Source of the DNA: Moniliella sp. 'wahieum'
Taxonomy: Eukaryota
Assembly: GCA_003971905.1 (NCBI GenBank)
Contig: RSEE01000119.1
Span: forward strand, 62,001 to 126,000
DNA: 64,000 bases
Direction: 5' to 3'
Both the position numbers and the translations under genes were made by a program. Positions 1-13,433 of the stretch are shown one piece after another. The notes under the pieces were generated by a model that saw nothing but the letters and a program-made list of their open reading frames with translations, had not been told where the DNA came from and searched no databases. Positions within the stretch are counted from its first letter, which is position 1. Each line of letters opens with the position of its first letter.

Positions 1-2975
1 GGCTGGTTTCCGATGCATTGGCTTGGCGGTCCAGCTCCTCCAGTACTGCATAAGCCAACAGCGCTGACGCTTGGTACTCTTCAAACTCGGCGGCCTCGGC
101 AAGGGACCACCTGACCGACAGGGGATGGGACGGGGCGCGGACTCGGGCGGAGTGTGGACGAGCGGTACATAAGCCGGCACAGGCGAGGTCGGCGAGGAAG
201 CCGAGACTTGCTCAGGTCCGCCAGAGGACTGGCGAGAGGATTCCACAATCTTGACTGTCGTCCCAGCCGGGGCGGGAACCCAAACGGGGGTGAGCGAGCG
301 ACGAGGAGACCGAGGGCGCATTGGGTTTGTGACGACTTTGGGAGGAGACGATGGTCGATGCATGCCTTTCAAGGCTGCTTGGTGGGTAAGACGGCGTGGT
401 ATCCAAGACTGGGGCGGGAATGGTGGTGTCTACGGCGGGGGGGGGGCGGGTGGGGGCCTCGTCCTCAATCGCGCTGACCATGGGCGGCGCCAGTGATGGC
501 TCCCCATCATCCATACGCTCTGATGCAATGCTCGGGACATCAGCCGTTGAGCGTTTGGAAGGCGGCGACGAGTCTTGCTGAATGGTGGATGGTTCGGGAG
601 CGGCAAGAGCCACACCAGACGAACCTGGTCCAGCAGAAGTAGGGGTCGAGCATACCTGAGGCGAGGGATGGGACGCCGCGGGGGCGTGGGCATGGGGAGG
701 CCAGGCCAGACGGTGCCGATGGCAGGGGTTCTGCAATTGAGGCCATCCCGCTCGTTGCCGCATGACTCTGTTCTCTGTCAATCAGAGCCGAAGCTGTGGA
801 GCGCGTAAGGGACGAGGAGGGTAAGCGTCGACCGGTCCATGATCCCGGACCGAAGCTGTAGCAAAGTCGGTAGCGACCACCCCACTGGACAGCGACGGGC
901 TAGTCTCGGGCACGGCTGGTGCGAGTAGCCGGTGTGGTGGCCCGCGGAGTAGGACGGGCGGTGCTTGCTTTCCTCCTGTAGGAGGGAGATGGAGGTGTTT
1001 GAGGACGAGCCGTATACTGGACTCCCATGGAGCGGGCCACGAGGCAACGGTGCATGCGACTGCAACGAGCGGTTTTGAGCGGCCTCGTAAGCAGCAAGGC
1101 GAGCCTTCACGCTTCCTGGGCATATGCTGGTTTGGGTGTATGCCTGCTCCTTCATTCCAGGGAATGAGAAGTACCAGCGGAAAGGTCGTGTGTGGGCTCT
1201 TGCACCGTGGGCAACCCCACGAGCGCGGGGGCAGAGGGAGACGATAGCGATGACTGGTGACTGTGGGTGTGGTGGTTCAGCGTTCGAGCCTTGCGACAGA
1301 TCTCTTTCCCACTGGACTTGCTCGAGGGAATCGAGGGACAAGATCCATGCTTTCGCTGGTATCCATGCTCTGTTCTCGGGCATGCCCGCATCCGACATGC
1401 GTGCATCCTCATCAGAGTGGCCCTGGCGGGAGCACGTGTCCTGGTCTTCCTCATCCAAGTCCATCGCGCCATGTGCATCCGGGCCCGGATACTCGTCCGA
1501 AAGGAAAGTCTGACCCAGGTTCTGACCGGGCAGGCAGTGAAGTTGTACCTTCAAATAAGCTGCTAACCTCCTCTGGGTTGTCCCCTGTTGCGGCAACCGC
1601 TTGTCGGTACTTGTCCAACAGACGGACACGCTCCTTTTCCGCAGTCGCTTCGTCCTTTTCCCTCCGACGGCGGGCGCGAGATTGGGGGGTTTCATCAGAG
1701 ACTTCGTCGGTGTCCGGATCATCCGACTCGCCTTCGTCAAAGTCCAAGTTGGGACGGAGCCCAAGGAAAGACTCGTCAAAGTTGCGCGTGTCCTCTTGAT
1801 TGCAAGGATCCGTGTGTGGGACATAGGGAGGGATGTACCGGCGGTAGTGAATGTGGTCCCATTCAATCATGCCAAAGTACGGATGACGTTTCAGTCTGGG
1901 CTCCTGTAGGCGCAAGCCAGGGTCCTTTTGCAGCAAGCCACGGAGGAAGCCGCGGGTATCCTGGTCCCACGCTGTAGGGTCGTACCCCCTCGACGTGGGC
2001 TCAGGGAACGAGAGAGGTTCCCGCAGCACACGCACATACATCTCAGTGTGGCTCTCCCCAGCAAAGGGAGTGTACCCAGCCAGCATTTCATACAGCATTG
2101 TTCCAAAACTCCACCAATCCACTTGGTAACTGTACGCCTGGCCGGAGATGACCTCGGGGGCAAGGTACTCGGCTGTGCCACAGAAGGTGGACGTCATCTC
2201 GGCCAAATTGTCCTTGGGAAGCTTGTTGTTCTCCTCCTGCAGACTCTTGGAACTGGTATCAGAAGGCAGCAACCAGTGCGGCGATCGAACCTCCACTCCA
2301 GCACGAGGGAATTCTTTCGACAGGCCAAAGTCGGACAAAACAATATGGCCGTCTTGGCCAATTAACACATTCTCTGGCTTGAGATCGCGGTATATGATGC
2401 CAGCTCCATGCAGGGCCTCGACACCTTCTGCAATCTCAGCAGCGTAGAAGCGAGCTCGATCGGTGCCAAGACGGCCCCAACGAGCCAGCTGGGTAGCCAG
2501 GTCACCCCCAGGGTGAAAGTCCATGACAAGGTAAAGGTTGAGGGCATCGTGGAAGCTGTACCACAGCTTGACAATGAAGGGAAGCCCGTTCCCGGGCACG
2601 GGTCTCCGCTGGAAGAGGCGGAGGAGGTGCGGGCTAAGACAGCCTGCTCAGTAAGGGTATGGTGCAGTTCCTGGTGCGCAAGAACATGACGCTTCTGAAT
2701 GGCCTTGAGAGCGAAAACATCGTTAGTTTTCCGTTGGCGTACGAGCAAGACCTGGGTGCAAATAGAAGTCAGCAAGTCGGGCGTCAGGTGCGGCCGCTGG
2801 GCGCTGCCGGGACGGGGTTGGGGGACATACCTTGCCCGCACAGCCCTTTCCAAGCACGCGCACCAGCTCAAAGTCGTCGATCGAGACGGGTGGAGGGTGG
2901 GGGTGGTAACGAGGGGGTGGAGGGCGCATGGGGCGCAGCAGGCGGCGCAAGCATCTGCGGCGGCGATGTGTTCAT
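1..2975 (-). CDS. AGC-family (Ypk/Akt-like) Ser/Thr kinase with long Ser/Pro-rich C-terminal tail; 3' end runs off the window
   Basis: Motifs DDFELVRVLGKGCAGK|VLLVRQ..FALKAI, YRDLKPEN, DFGLSK, TFCGTAEYLAPE, AGC C-tail PPYVP...DTRNFD and hydrophobic motif FEG(Y)NF after a frameshift. Intron 2752-2830 (GTATGT...CTGAC...CAG). Putative ATG at 2975. Several apparent indels. Confidence 0.85.
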
Positions 2976-3557
2976 CGGTGCACAGTACGCTTTAGTGGGC
3001 GGCGGCTGCGGCCATGGCCGGGGGGGGGGAGTGGGGGCGGGGACGGTGGGGGCAAGGAACGTCGAGCGGGGCGGGGGGGCGGTGGTGGTGGAGGCGATGG
3101 GGAGGGGGGGGGTGCGGCGGGGGCCCGGCGGCTGCTTCCAGACGGGGGGGCGTGGCCGGTCGGTCGGATGCAGATGGCAGAGGAAGCAAGCGGAGGCAGT
3201 CTTATTAATTAGGCGCGCTAAACACGCTGCACAACCCAGCCCTCGTCTGGGCACTCCGACTCTGCTCGCCGCCGCCCCCTGCGCTCGCCCCAGCACTGCC
3301 CCCGTGCCCCGCCTCACCCGCGCGCGCCGCCCGTGTCTGCACCCCCCGATCACCTGACCGCGCGCTTCACATCGGTGCAACTCCCGCCGCTGGCGCCCGG
3401 CTGCGCACCCACGAGCACTAGTAAGCGTTCGTTTAACGTTGAACCCACTACCCACTACCTACGGCCCACTCCCGTCCCATCCCTGCCTCTCCTCGCTCCG
3501 CACCCGCCCCACCCATCCCTCCGTCCAACCCAAGGTCCAGTGCATTCACGCCGCCTG

Positions 3558-4272
3558 CTACCAGTCGCCCCCGCCAAAGTCCATGTCGCCGCCCCCATAG
3601 TCTCCGTTGTCCATCTGGCCATTGTCAAACCCTTGCTGGTACGCGTCATCCTCCCGGTCGTCTGCCCGCCCTCGTCAGTCAGTCGCGTGCCCCGCATCCT
3701 GCATCCCACCTCAGACGGAACAGCCAACGTACCCAGCGCATTCTCCAAAAGCATACCCCCGAGCAACCCACCGCCCAGACCCAGCGCTGGCCCCCCATCG
3801 GGCCCATGCCGCCTCCGCCTCCGCCTCCAAACAGCCCGTGGCGCCTGGGCGGCTGCGCTTGCACAATCACAGGCTGCTGAGGGCGGTACTGCTGCTGCGG
3901 GTGGGCGTACCCCTGCGGCGCATAGCCCTGCGGTGCGTAGCCTTGGGGCGCATAGCCCTGAGCCTGACGTTGAGGTGCGCCGTGGCTGGGTGGCGGGCCA
4001 GGAGGAGGCGCATAGGTTTGACCTTGACCGCCCTGCTGCGCTTGTTCGTCCAATGGGTGCACCCAGATGGAGCGAGGAGGGGTGGCACGCGTGTCGACGT
4101 AGAACCAACGGTTGTACTGCGTGTTGAACTGCTTGGTCCACCCGGGCGGGAGAGGGCGCTTGTCCTCTCCCGGCTGGGCCGAAGGCGCAGAGGGGGCCGG
4201 AGAGGCCTGTTGCTGGTAGGCAGGCGGAGCCCCGCTGGCGGAGCTTTTCTTCGAGTGGGAAAAGAGACCCAT
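3558..4272 (-). CDS. WW-domain protein with Gly/Gln/Tyr-rich tail (Wwm1-like)
   Basis: PLPPGWTKQFNTQYNRWFYVDT...SIWVHP is a WW domain; GYAPQ repeats; LGGGLLGGMLLENAL; intron 3662-3732 (GTACGT...CTGAC...CAG) joins to DDREDDAYQQGFDNGQMDNGDYGGGDMDFGGGDW*. One apparent frameshift near 3790. Confidence 0.8.
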
Positions 4273-5884
4273 GCGGTTGTGAGGGATACGGTGGTGGCGA
4301 CGAGGCAAGTCAAGGGCTGAGCCATGGGCCTTACTGGCCCCTCCAGCCCCAGACCCGGTCAGGCCTGAGCGCCTGAACGCCTGAGCCTCAGGCTGGTCAG
4401 GTACGAGAGAGAGTATTTGCCAAGCCAAGCCCCCGCACTTAGCGCTTGCGTGTTGCCGCACAGGGCTGTGCAGTGCGGCCGGTGACGTAAGGCAATGGGG
4501 GCTCAGCCAGAGCGCTTAGGCTGAGCTCAGCACCAGCCCAGAAGCGATGCTGTGAAATAATGCAGAAGCGGTCGCCACCGCAGCTGCGTTCCTCGTATTA
4601 TTCACTGCTTGCAGAGAGTTGGTGCCCACATGGGATGTCACCATGTCACCGTCACTTTTCAGTCACTTGCAAAGTCACGAATCTCTAGTCACTAGTGCGA
4701 CTCGGGAGCACCACTGGGGACTCTGCGGCATCAGCGTTGCAATGCAGCCTTCGGACAAGGCGTGAAGCTTGAAGCTTGAAGGCGAAGTGGTGAGCCGCAA
4801 GTCTTCAAGCAACATCTCATTGCGAGGAGCAAAACAGGTCAAGAAAGGAAGCAGAGGCGTACCTTTATACAAGGCGTGGAGACAACGCTGTGAGCCGCAA
4901 GCCTCCCCTCAAGCTTCAAGCCCTATTGAAGCTTGAACGTCTAAAGGAAAGGAGACTGGAGACGGAAAATAGGGATGGGGCGAGCACAGGGGATGCTCAG
5001 CCTCTGCGAGCGGAAGTCGTCTGACTAAAAGCGAGCTTCACCAGGAGCTTCATCGATCCTTCAAGCTTCATCCTGCTCCAAACAACCTGAGGGCCGCGCA
5101 GGTGAACCCTATATAGCACTACCCTCCCGCAGCAACCAGTGTTGCCCAAGCTTCAAGGCCATTCCCTCAATCTCATATTTTTCCAAGAGAGCTTGGAAAA
5201 AGTGCAAATAGACTGAAACCCCCTTTGGGTTCGTTGAACGTTGAACGTGTTGACGTTATCAACGAGCACTAAAAGGTTAAGAGGGTGTTATAACAGCCTA
5301 CTATAAGGACCCGCCGGGTAGGGCGGTCCAAGTGACTATAGCAGAGACTGATATGATTTGTCGATCGATCGCGCACACAAGACAAACAAAGGGAGCGGGA
5401 GTAGTAGATATCAACCGCATCACAAAAGAGAGACAGGAGGTTGGATGTGGTGGAAGGGTGGCGGTGGCGGTGGCCACGATCATCCGTCTTGTTCTCATTC
5501 TTGGGGGGTATTGATATTGATCCCTGGTCCAGATCCACATTCAACGTTTATTAACGTTCAGCGACGGCGAAGATGGCATGGAGGGGGGATGTGGATGGCA
5601 TGGACAGGGGGTTGGCGTGAGAGTCAGTGCGTGGCCCACTGTACTCACTGCCGATGGGCCAGCAGGTGGGACGGGGAATTTCAGCCCTGCGTAGCCCCAC
5701 CGCGTGGCTTGTGGGCCGCGTGATGCGTGACGTGTGATTTGTCCACACTTGGTCCTTTCTTCCCACGACCACAAAGCAGCGACGGGCGACTGGTGATGGA
5801 GAGGCTCCGGTACCAGGCTGCCTCCCGCCGCCATCCACGCCGTCCCTCACGCACCCCGCTGCCGTCCACACCGCCACCACCGCC

Positions 5885-8490
5885 ATGCCCACCACCGTAG
5901 GCCCCCCCACACGCACCCCTAAACCTGTCCCCGCTGACTGGCGCACCTCTACCGCCAGCCTTGGGGCCGTCTCGCCCGGCCTGGTGGATCTGAGCGTCGG
6001 TGTACCCTCCCGCTCGGCCTGGCTACGGTTCACGGCGACCGTCAGCGGCAAGTGGGATGGTTTCCCCTCTTCCCTCCAGTCCCTACGCCCCCCCCGCGGC
6101 CGAAGACTACTTTACGCCCCGCCGGACCATGCAGGCGCCGACGTTGGGTACGCCTCCCTTCTCCCCAGTCGCTCTCACCAATCGCCCGTGGCTCGCCACA
6201 GGCGCAACAGCAGCCAAGGACGCAACCTGAAGACCGTTCTGGGAGGAATGTTGGGTGGAAGTGCGTGCCTTCCTTGTTGTCCTCTTTAGTGCGTGGTAGA
6301 TACTGATGCAGCTTGTTCGGACGCGTGCGAGCAGATGTTTTTTCCACCCCATCCATCCCTCTTTCTCCTTGCCCAATCCCTTCGTCGACGCCCTGACATC
6401 TCAACACCCTATCATCCCGTGCACGTCCACCACGTTGGCATCGATTCGAACACAGGCCTCCTCACTGGCACCCCTCCCGAGTGGCAGGCCCTTCTGAATG
6501 ACTCGGGCATCTCTCAGCACGAACAGGCCGAGCACCCTGAAACAATGCGTGCCATTGTTGCCGTCTATACTGACCATCAATCCATTGTCGATGGCATCCC
6601 GCTCATCTCCGATCCCGTGTGGAACAAACTGGGCCAAGCCCACCCCGCTCACCCTTGGCGCCCGTCCATTCCCCCCCTACCTCCGTCACGGTTGAATCCT
6701 ACCCCTCCAGTACCTCTTACGAAACCAGTCGAAGGACCAAAACAGGGCACTCGGCCTCTGCCCCCTGTGAATGAGAATGGAAGTGCGGATGCAACGTCTC
6801 CTCTCCAGGTGCCTCCCACCAACACTCCTCGTTCACCTGCGGCTTCCCCTTCGCTCCAAAGCTCCTTGCCCGGGCGTCCTTCCTCTCTGCTTCCCCTACT
6901 TCCCCCGGCCCGGCCGGGGGTGATACCCACCCAGACGTGCCCCGTTTGTGACCAAATCGGCTTCCACTGGGTCTGAAAGCGCAGCAAATGGCCCTCCGGC
7001 TCGGCCAACTGTAACTGTAGTCCCAACAACTCCGGCTGCAGTTCCAAACCCTCCTCCCATTGTCGTACCTTCCGCCCCCCACCTTACATCCATCCTCTTG
7101 CCAGCCTCCCTTCTTCTCCCATATCCCCCTCCACGAGCTCGCCTGTCGAATCTCAACCGTCCAAGCCCAGTCCTAAGCCTCTGCCAGCCCCACTCTCGTT
7201 TGGTGACTTGGGCTCGGCCTTATCCAACGATGGAGGTGGATCCTCTGCCCGCATGGAAGACCAATCCGCCCTTCCTGCTATGACCAAGAAGGCACCTGAT
7301 CCTGCCCCGCTCTCGACCGCCCGTGGCGGCGGACCTGGGTCAAGAAGCGGATCGCCTACCAAAAGCCCAGTAGTGCCGATGTCTTCGCCCTCGCCCGCGG
7401 AACGGAACCCCCGGCCCGTGCTGACCAAAGTTCCTCCCCCCAATACGAACCCTACGCTGCCTTCCCCCACGCGTGCCCAAGGGGATCAAAGTGCGTCCTG
7501 CCCCACCGCCGCCCCCTCCTCCAAAGGGTCCGCTTCCCCCTGTTCCCAACCAGGCGGTAGCGCGGGCAACCCTGCCCCTGCTGGCCCGTCGCACGAAGAG
7601 GTGGTGGCGCAATTGCAGCGCATTGCTCGCCTGGCGATCCTCGAGAAATCTATCGCTCCTTCCGCAAGATTGGCCAGGGGGCATCGGGCGGCGTCTACAC
7701 CGCCTACACCCGCACCCACGACTGGTCGCGATCAAGCAGATGAACCTTGCGACCCAGCCCAAGCAGGACTTGATTATCAATGAGATCCTCGTCATGCGCG
7801 AAAGCCAGCACCCAAATTTGGTCAACTTTATCGATGCCTTTCTCGTCACGAGCAAGGAGCTGGAGGAACTGTGGGTGGTGATGGAGTACATGGATGGCGG
7901 CCCCCTCACCGACCTGATCACGTACGCTGTCCTCTCCGAGGCGCAAATTGCTACGGTCGCCCAAGAAATCTTGCGCGGCTTGCAGCACCTCCATCTGCAC
8001 GGAGTAATCCACCGGGACATCAAATCGGACAATGTTTTGCTGTCGCGCGGGGGGGATCAAGTTGACAGACTTTGGGTTCTGTGCCAAGCTCGGGCAGGGG
8101 AGTGGCGAACGAACTACGATGGTGGGCACGCCGTATTGGATGGCACCCGAGGTGGTGTCACGCAAAGCGTATGGAGCCAAGGTGGACATTTGGTCGCTTG
8201 GCATCCTGACCATCGAGATGGTGGATGGTGAGCCGCCGTACATGCACGAGAATCCGCTCAAGGCGCTCTACCTGATCGCCACTCATGGCACGCCACGTCT
8301 GACCCGCCACCCTGAGCGCCTGTCGCTGTCTCTTCGCAACTTTCTCAGCTCCAGCTTGCAGGTCGATCCAACCCTTCGCCCTGACGCCGCGACGTTGCTG
8401 ACCAGCCCCTTTTTGCAACGCGCGCTCCCCACCTCTTCCCTGGCCCCGGCGCTCAAATTGGCCCGTGACCAGGCAAAATTGGTCCATTAA
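5885..8490 (+). CDS. STE20: Ste20-type PAK kinase
   Basis: CRIB motif [14 protein letters not shown]...PPEWQALL; kinase motifs [53 protein letters not shown]-terminal SSLAPAL resembles the G-beta-binding motif; no PH domain seen before the CRIB. Likely intron about 6261-6334; start codon uncertain; several indels. Confidence 0.85.
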
Positions 8491-8946
8491 CCACCTGCAT
8501 GCCATTCTTGCGCTTCTGCTATGCCCTGCTCTTGTCCATGACTGGGTTCCGGGGATCCGCCATCCCTGCATACCATCTGAATTCATCAGCTCTCGACGCA
8601 TGTTGGAATGCCCATAGCCTGGCTCGTTGGTGCTCTGAGGACGAGAGGGGGAAACGGAACTAACTATAACTAACTGGTCGAGAGGCGCTGGATCCCCTGG
8701 GTTACCAAGGCGGGAGCGGCGGAGAATTTGAACGTTTGACCCACTGTTGTTCCTGAGGCTTGGAGCTTGGAGCTTGATCTTTGCAATTTGAAACTTGACC
8801 TTGATGCTCGCATGGTCCAAGATGATGCACAAGCAGGGTCGGTGCAACGGCGGCGCCTTCTTGGAATTTCGATCAGATGCAGTCTCTCAGCGCCCGTTCT
8901 GGGCTCGAAACAAGCACCGCTTCTCTTTCTTCTACAACCCACCGCC

Positions 8947-9804
8947 ATGCCTGCTGTCCTGCGCCCCGCCCTCCGCCTCGCTGCGCCCTCTGTCCTGCGC
9001 AGCGTTTCTGCCGCTCGGCCTCTGGCCCGCGTCGTGGCCTCTGCTCCTGCCCCTGCCCTGGCCCGTGCGCCCGCATGGCGCTCCTTTGCCACCTCCCCTC
9101 TCCGTGCCGCCGAGGCCGAGAGCGAGCAACCCGCCAATGCCACCGAGAAGGCCGCTGAGAACGACGCTGCCACCGCTGGCGACGAAGAGGTAGCCAAGTT
9201 GCGCAAGCTCGTGGAGGAGCGCGAGAGCCGGATCAAGGACCTCGAGGTGCGTCCCGTTCCTGGTTCCGCCTTGGTGGAATTTCCCCTCTTCGCCGTCTCG
9301 TGTTGTGTTTACTAACCCCTCGGCCTCTGTTGGCCATTTGGCATGTGCAGAAGGCCGTCCTCTACACCAAGGCTGACATGCAGAACCTCGAGCGCCGGAG
9401 CCAGGAGGAAAGCCAAGGCTTCTGATTATGGGATCACGAAGCTGGCCAAGGACCTGACCTCGTCGCTCGACGTTCTCCAGCTGGCGCTGAAGAGTGTTCC
9501 GGAGGCGTTCCGCGAAGCCCCTGCTGATGCTGGCGTGGAGGACCCGCATAAGGCGGTGGCCGAGCTGTACTCCGGCGTGGCCCTGACCCAAAAGGCCATC
9601 CTGGACATGCTCAAGATGCACGGCATCACCTCCTTTGACCCGACCGGCGAGCCATTTGACCCGAACCAGCACGAGGCGCTCTTCCAGGCGCCCGTGCCGG
9701 GCAAGGAGCCGGGTACGGTTCTGTCCGTCTCCAAGGTCGGGTACAAAATCAAGGAGCGTATTCTCCGTCCTGCCGAGGTGGGTGTGGTGCAAGACACGTC
9801 CTAA
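8947..9804 (+). CDS. MGE1: Mitochondrial GrpE nucleotide exchange factor
   Basis: Arg/Ala/Ser-rich presequence MPAVLRPALRLAAPSVLRS; KADMQNLERR; FDPTGEPFDPNQHEALF; GYKIKERILRPAEVGV. Intron 9247-9350 (GTGCGT...CTAAC...CAG); one frameshift near 9410. Confidence 0.95.
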
Positions 9805-10539
9805 GACGCTCGCCCAGGCCTGAACCAATCGCCTCCCCAACTGTATCACGGCCCACACTGGGAGAGCGCCTTTGAAATACCAATGCCAAAATGGGGCGCG
9901 TGCCGTTGGCTGGCATCTCCTTTGGCCTTGCCTCGCCCCGCCCCCCTTTACTCCCATCCACCTCTTGCTCTGCTACCCACAACCTCCCCGCATGCATGAC
10001 TCGACCGTGTACGATGTAATCACTACTTTGCTCTTACTCATGAAGCTGGATCGGTTGCTGTTTATCTCACTTGAAGCTTGACGCTTGAGGTGTGGTGCGT
10101 GTGGGCAGGCCATAGGGTGTCATAAATGCGTGCTGCGAAGAACAAAATCTAAATCACACACTTTCTTCTTCACAATTGCCCGCACGGTGGCAGTGTGAGT
10201 AGTGAGTTGCTGGCCAGGGCATGCCACGGCTGGGCCATGCAGGTGCGGGTGGGTCATACCGCTGGAGTCGCGATTAGGCCGGACTGAGTCAAGAGGGCAG
10301 GACTGAGGCGCCAAGCGCTGATAGCTGATAGCGGCTGGGATTGGGACGAAGACGAAGACGAAGACGAGAGGGAGATGGGGACGGGGGCAAGAACAAAGAC
10401 AGAGACAGAAAGACCCAAGCGCAGTTGAGAGCATTGAAGAGTGGAGTGAGAGTGGAGTCGAGATTCGCTTGGCTGGTTTAGCCGCTGGAGGTATTTGCTC
10501 TGCGTGTGGAGAGAGAGCTGAGGAGTTGGAGCCAGCTTT

Positions 10540-10622
10540 GCAAAGCTTCAAGCTTCAAGTGAAGCGTAACTTGAAGCAGGTCTAGCTTGACACCCTCAAG
10601 TTGAAGCTTCAAGCTTCAAGCT
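10540..10622. repeat. AAGCTT-plus-1 heptamer cluster
   Basis: AAGCTTCAAGCTTCAAG and TTGAAGCTTCAAGCTTCAAGCT upstream of the orphan gene. Confidence 0.75.
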
Positions 10623-10790
10623 CCACGTCCAATCACGCTGAAGGTCGCAGCTGAATCTCCGCCACTGCCAGCAGCTTTGCGGCCACCATCTGTCGACCCC
10701 TCGATCGAGCCCTCGACTCTGTCAATCGCTCCGGCGTTGGTGCGTCCGCTGAGTCTTGCCTACGCGGCCCGCTGTGTGTCTGCGTGAGCC

Positions 10791-12858
10791 ATGTCGTATG
10801 TTCCGCCTGCTCTGCGTGCCCGCGGGAGCGCTGCCTCCCTGCGCCGCGACCCACGCAGTCGTCTCGATCCCTTGCCCGACCGCACCGCCACTCCCCCTTC
10901 CGCCACACCGCCGCCTGCCGGCGAGCTTGAGGGTTGGCTGCCCAGTTTTCGCCAGCCGTTTGGCCCACCCACCACGGGCGAAGTTGGTTTTATGGCAGGG
11001 CACGAACGCAGGCCCGCTGTGCCCACATCGGAGCAAGTAGCCGAATTTAAGGATGCATTCAAGAAGCGCCAGGAAACTCGTGCTGATAACCTCTCCAACA
11101 TGGCCAAGGCGGCCGAGATGGGTCGGGAGCGCGGAGCAAGCAAGGACAAGAAGAGTAGGGACAAGGAAAAAGAAAAGGAAAAGGAGAAGGGAAAGGAGAA
11201 GGAGAAGGAACCACCGGCTCCGCCGGCCCGGTTCCCCAATCACTCTACCCTCGTCTTTTTTCAGAACATTATGGAGGTGAATGGAGCACTGCAGCCTTCG
11301 CCTTGGAGCTGGGGCGTTCCGATAACGGCGGACCCCAGATGCATGGTCTCGCCTTCCTGGCCGCCAGGGAGGACACAACCGAGGATCAATTCATCGCTGC
11401 CTGGAAGGCGGCCCACGAATCTGAGTGGCAGCGCAACCGTCCCTACCGTGAGGAGATCCAACCCCTCAATGAGCTCGCTGCCAACTCAGTGGATCAGGGC
11501 ACGCCTCCTGAAGTGGAGCAGGTGCAGCAACCCAGTGCGAATGGGGTGCAAATTTCCCCTGAAGCGATACTGGAGACCGAGGCAGAGGAGATGCGGCAAC
11601 GGTATCGCGTTTGGCAGCGGGTGCGCCAGGAGGGAATCGAACAAAAGAAGCCTGCGTTGCTGATGCTTTGCAACCTGTGGGACCATGGTCATCAACCATT
11701 GTTTGTCAATGCGCCGCCGCCAGGGCTCAAACTGGCACAAAGTGCAGCGGCGAGCCGGGTGTGGAACGGATTCAAGAACAGTCGATCCAACATGGACTTC
11801 ATCTGGCGTCCCATGCGCGGGATTCAAGGTTGCGATGCGGCCGCTGTGGATGCGACGGGCATTGGGTTCGGGTCGCCGGAGACGATGTAGGATTGATGCG
11901 GATGGTGGACGATCCTTTGGCCGAAGCATTATCGGGTGAATTTTGGGTCAAGTCCTTTGCTCATAGCTTGCTCCCGCTTGCGCTGCAGGCGCTTTGGGGC
12001 CTAGCCCGCAAGCGCATGGAGCTTTCTCTTTTGGAGCGACAGCCGCGCGGAACCGTTCCGCGCGGTAAGCTGGCCGAGGCACGGCGCAAGTTGGAAGAAC
12101 TGGTGCAAGAGACCAAGGACGACCCTCTGATCTCGCTGGCTGACGAGATGTTTACCCGAACATGGTACTTTAACAACATTCAGGATGATGCCAAGCGCTT
12201 GGGATTGAGGAAGGTGCCAGCAACTTCAACCGCCCAATCCCTTTTGTGGGCCAGCAAGTCTGGTTTCAGACCAACAAGCGGGACCGAACCAGAGTAACAA
12301 CACCAAGGGCCAAGGTTCCTTCCTTGGCTGGTTCCGGATCACATCAGTCAAGTTTGTTGCGCCCGGGTCTGACGAATTGCGAACGATGCAACGTCTGCGG
12401 TTCGGACGGCGTAACAAGCCCGAGCCGAACAATGGCTATGAACCCTATTGGGCCCGTTTTGGCGTGGCGCAAATTCCCAAGGGCCAATGGTCATTCCCGT
12501 ATGGCCAAGCTGAACCTGCAGAAACCGAAGTCCCGGAGGCGCAGGAGGAGCCTCCGGCAGAAGAGGAAGGACAAAGAAGAGTGCGCGCAAGTCACGCAGT
12601 CCTAAAATGCTCTACCTAAAACCTTTGAAGAAGTTCAAATCATTGATGGAGTGCGAAGAATACGAGATGTTCGTCGCGGGCAACAACATTTCTACTCTGC
12701 GCCCCAATGATAAGAGCAAACGCGGGGACAAAATTGGCGAGCGGATGGGGCAAGAGGGCAATGGGGTGTACGCCTCTGATGCGACGAAAAACATCAAGGT
12801 AGAAAAGGGTGCGGGGCCTCTTCTCCTACCGCCCGAAACCCCCACGATCGGAGTATGA
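10791..12858 (+). CDS. Hypothetical protein of about 690 aa (orphan), stitched from overlapping frames
   Basis: Starts MSYVPPALR; KEKE repeat; consecutive protein-like segments in ORFs 10791, 11303, 11611, 12377 and 12607 overlap like one frameshifted gene. No domain recognised. Confidence 0.55.
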
Positions 12859-13433
12859 GGATGGTCACATTGTTACGCAAGTAGTATGTCTTCCCTTATT
12901 GGTCCATCTCTTCTGAAGCTGGGGGTCAAGGGGTTCTCGATGGATCTCACGCTTTGGCATCCTGCTTCCCGTACCCGATGTTTTTTTCTCGCCTCTCGGC
13001 CACGAATAAGGTGTGCGAGGAGTGAATGTGTTCTTCTCGACTCTTTTCATTTCCGTCACTAGGATTGGATACGCAACGGAACTTACATACGGGAGGTGGT
13101 GAAGCGAGATGGCAACTAAAGAGATGGATATATGCCAGAATTCTGCTGTCTTCATGTGTGCCTGCGTGGGTAGTTTCGCGTATACTGACGTTGGTGTTGG
13201 GCAGAACAGAAACCCACCCCCTGTCGTTTCACACTGCCATTGACATAGACAAACGCAGATACGGCACCAAAAGAGTATCATGCCGAACTTTGTACACTTC
13301 TCGCACTTCCACCCAAATCAATGAAGAGGTTGTCAGTTGTATTGGATCAATGACGCCTGAATTAATGACGCCTGACGCAATGTACCCCCGCATGGTATCT
13401 GCTGCGGTATGATGCTCATCTGTTTTGGTACGC

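Noticed and set aside
4300..8800. Mating-type (pheromone/receptor) locus suggested by STE20
   Set aside because: I found no STE3-like receptor, CAAX-ending pheromone precursor or homeodomain gene in the window.
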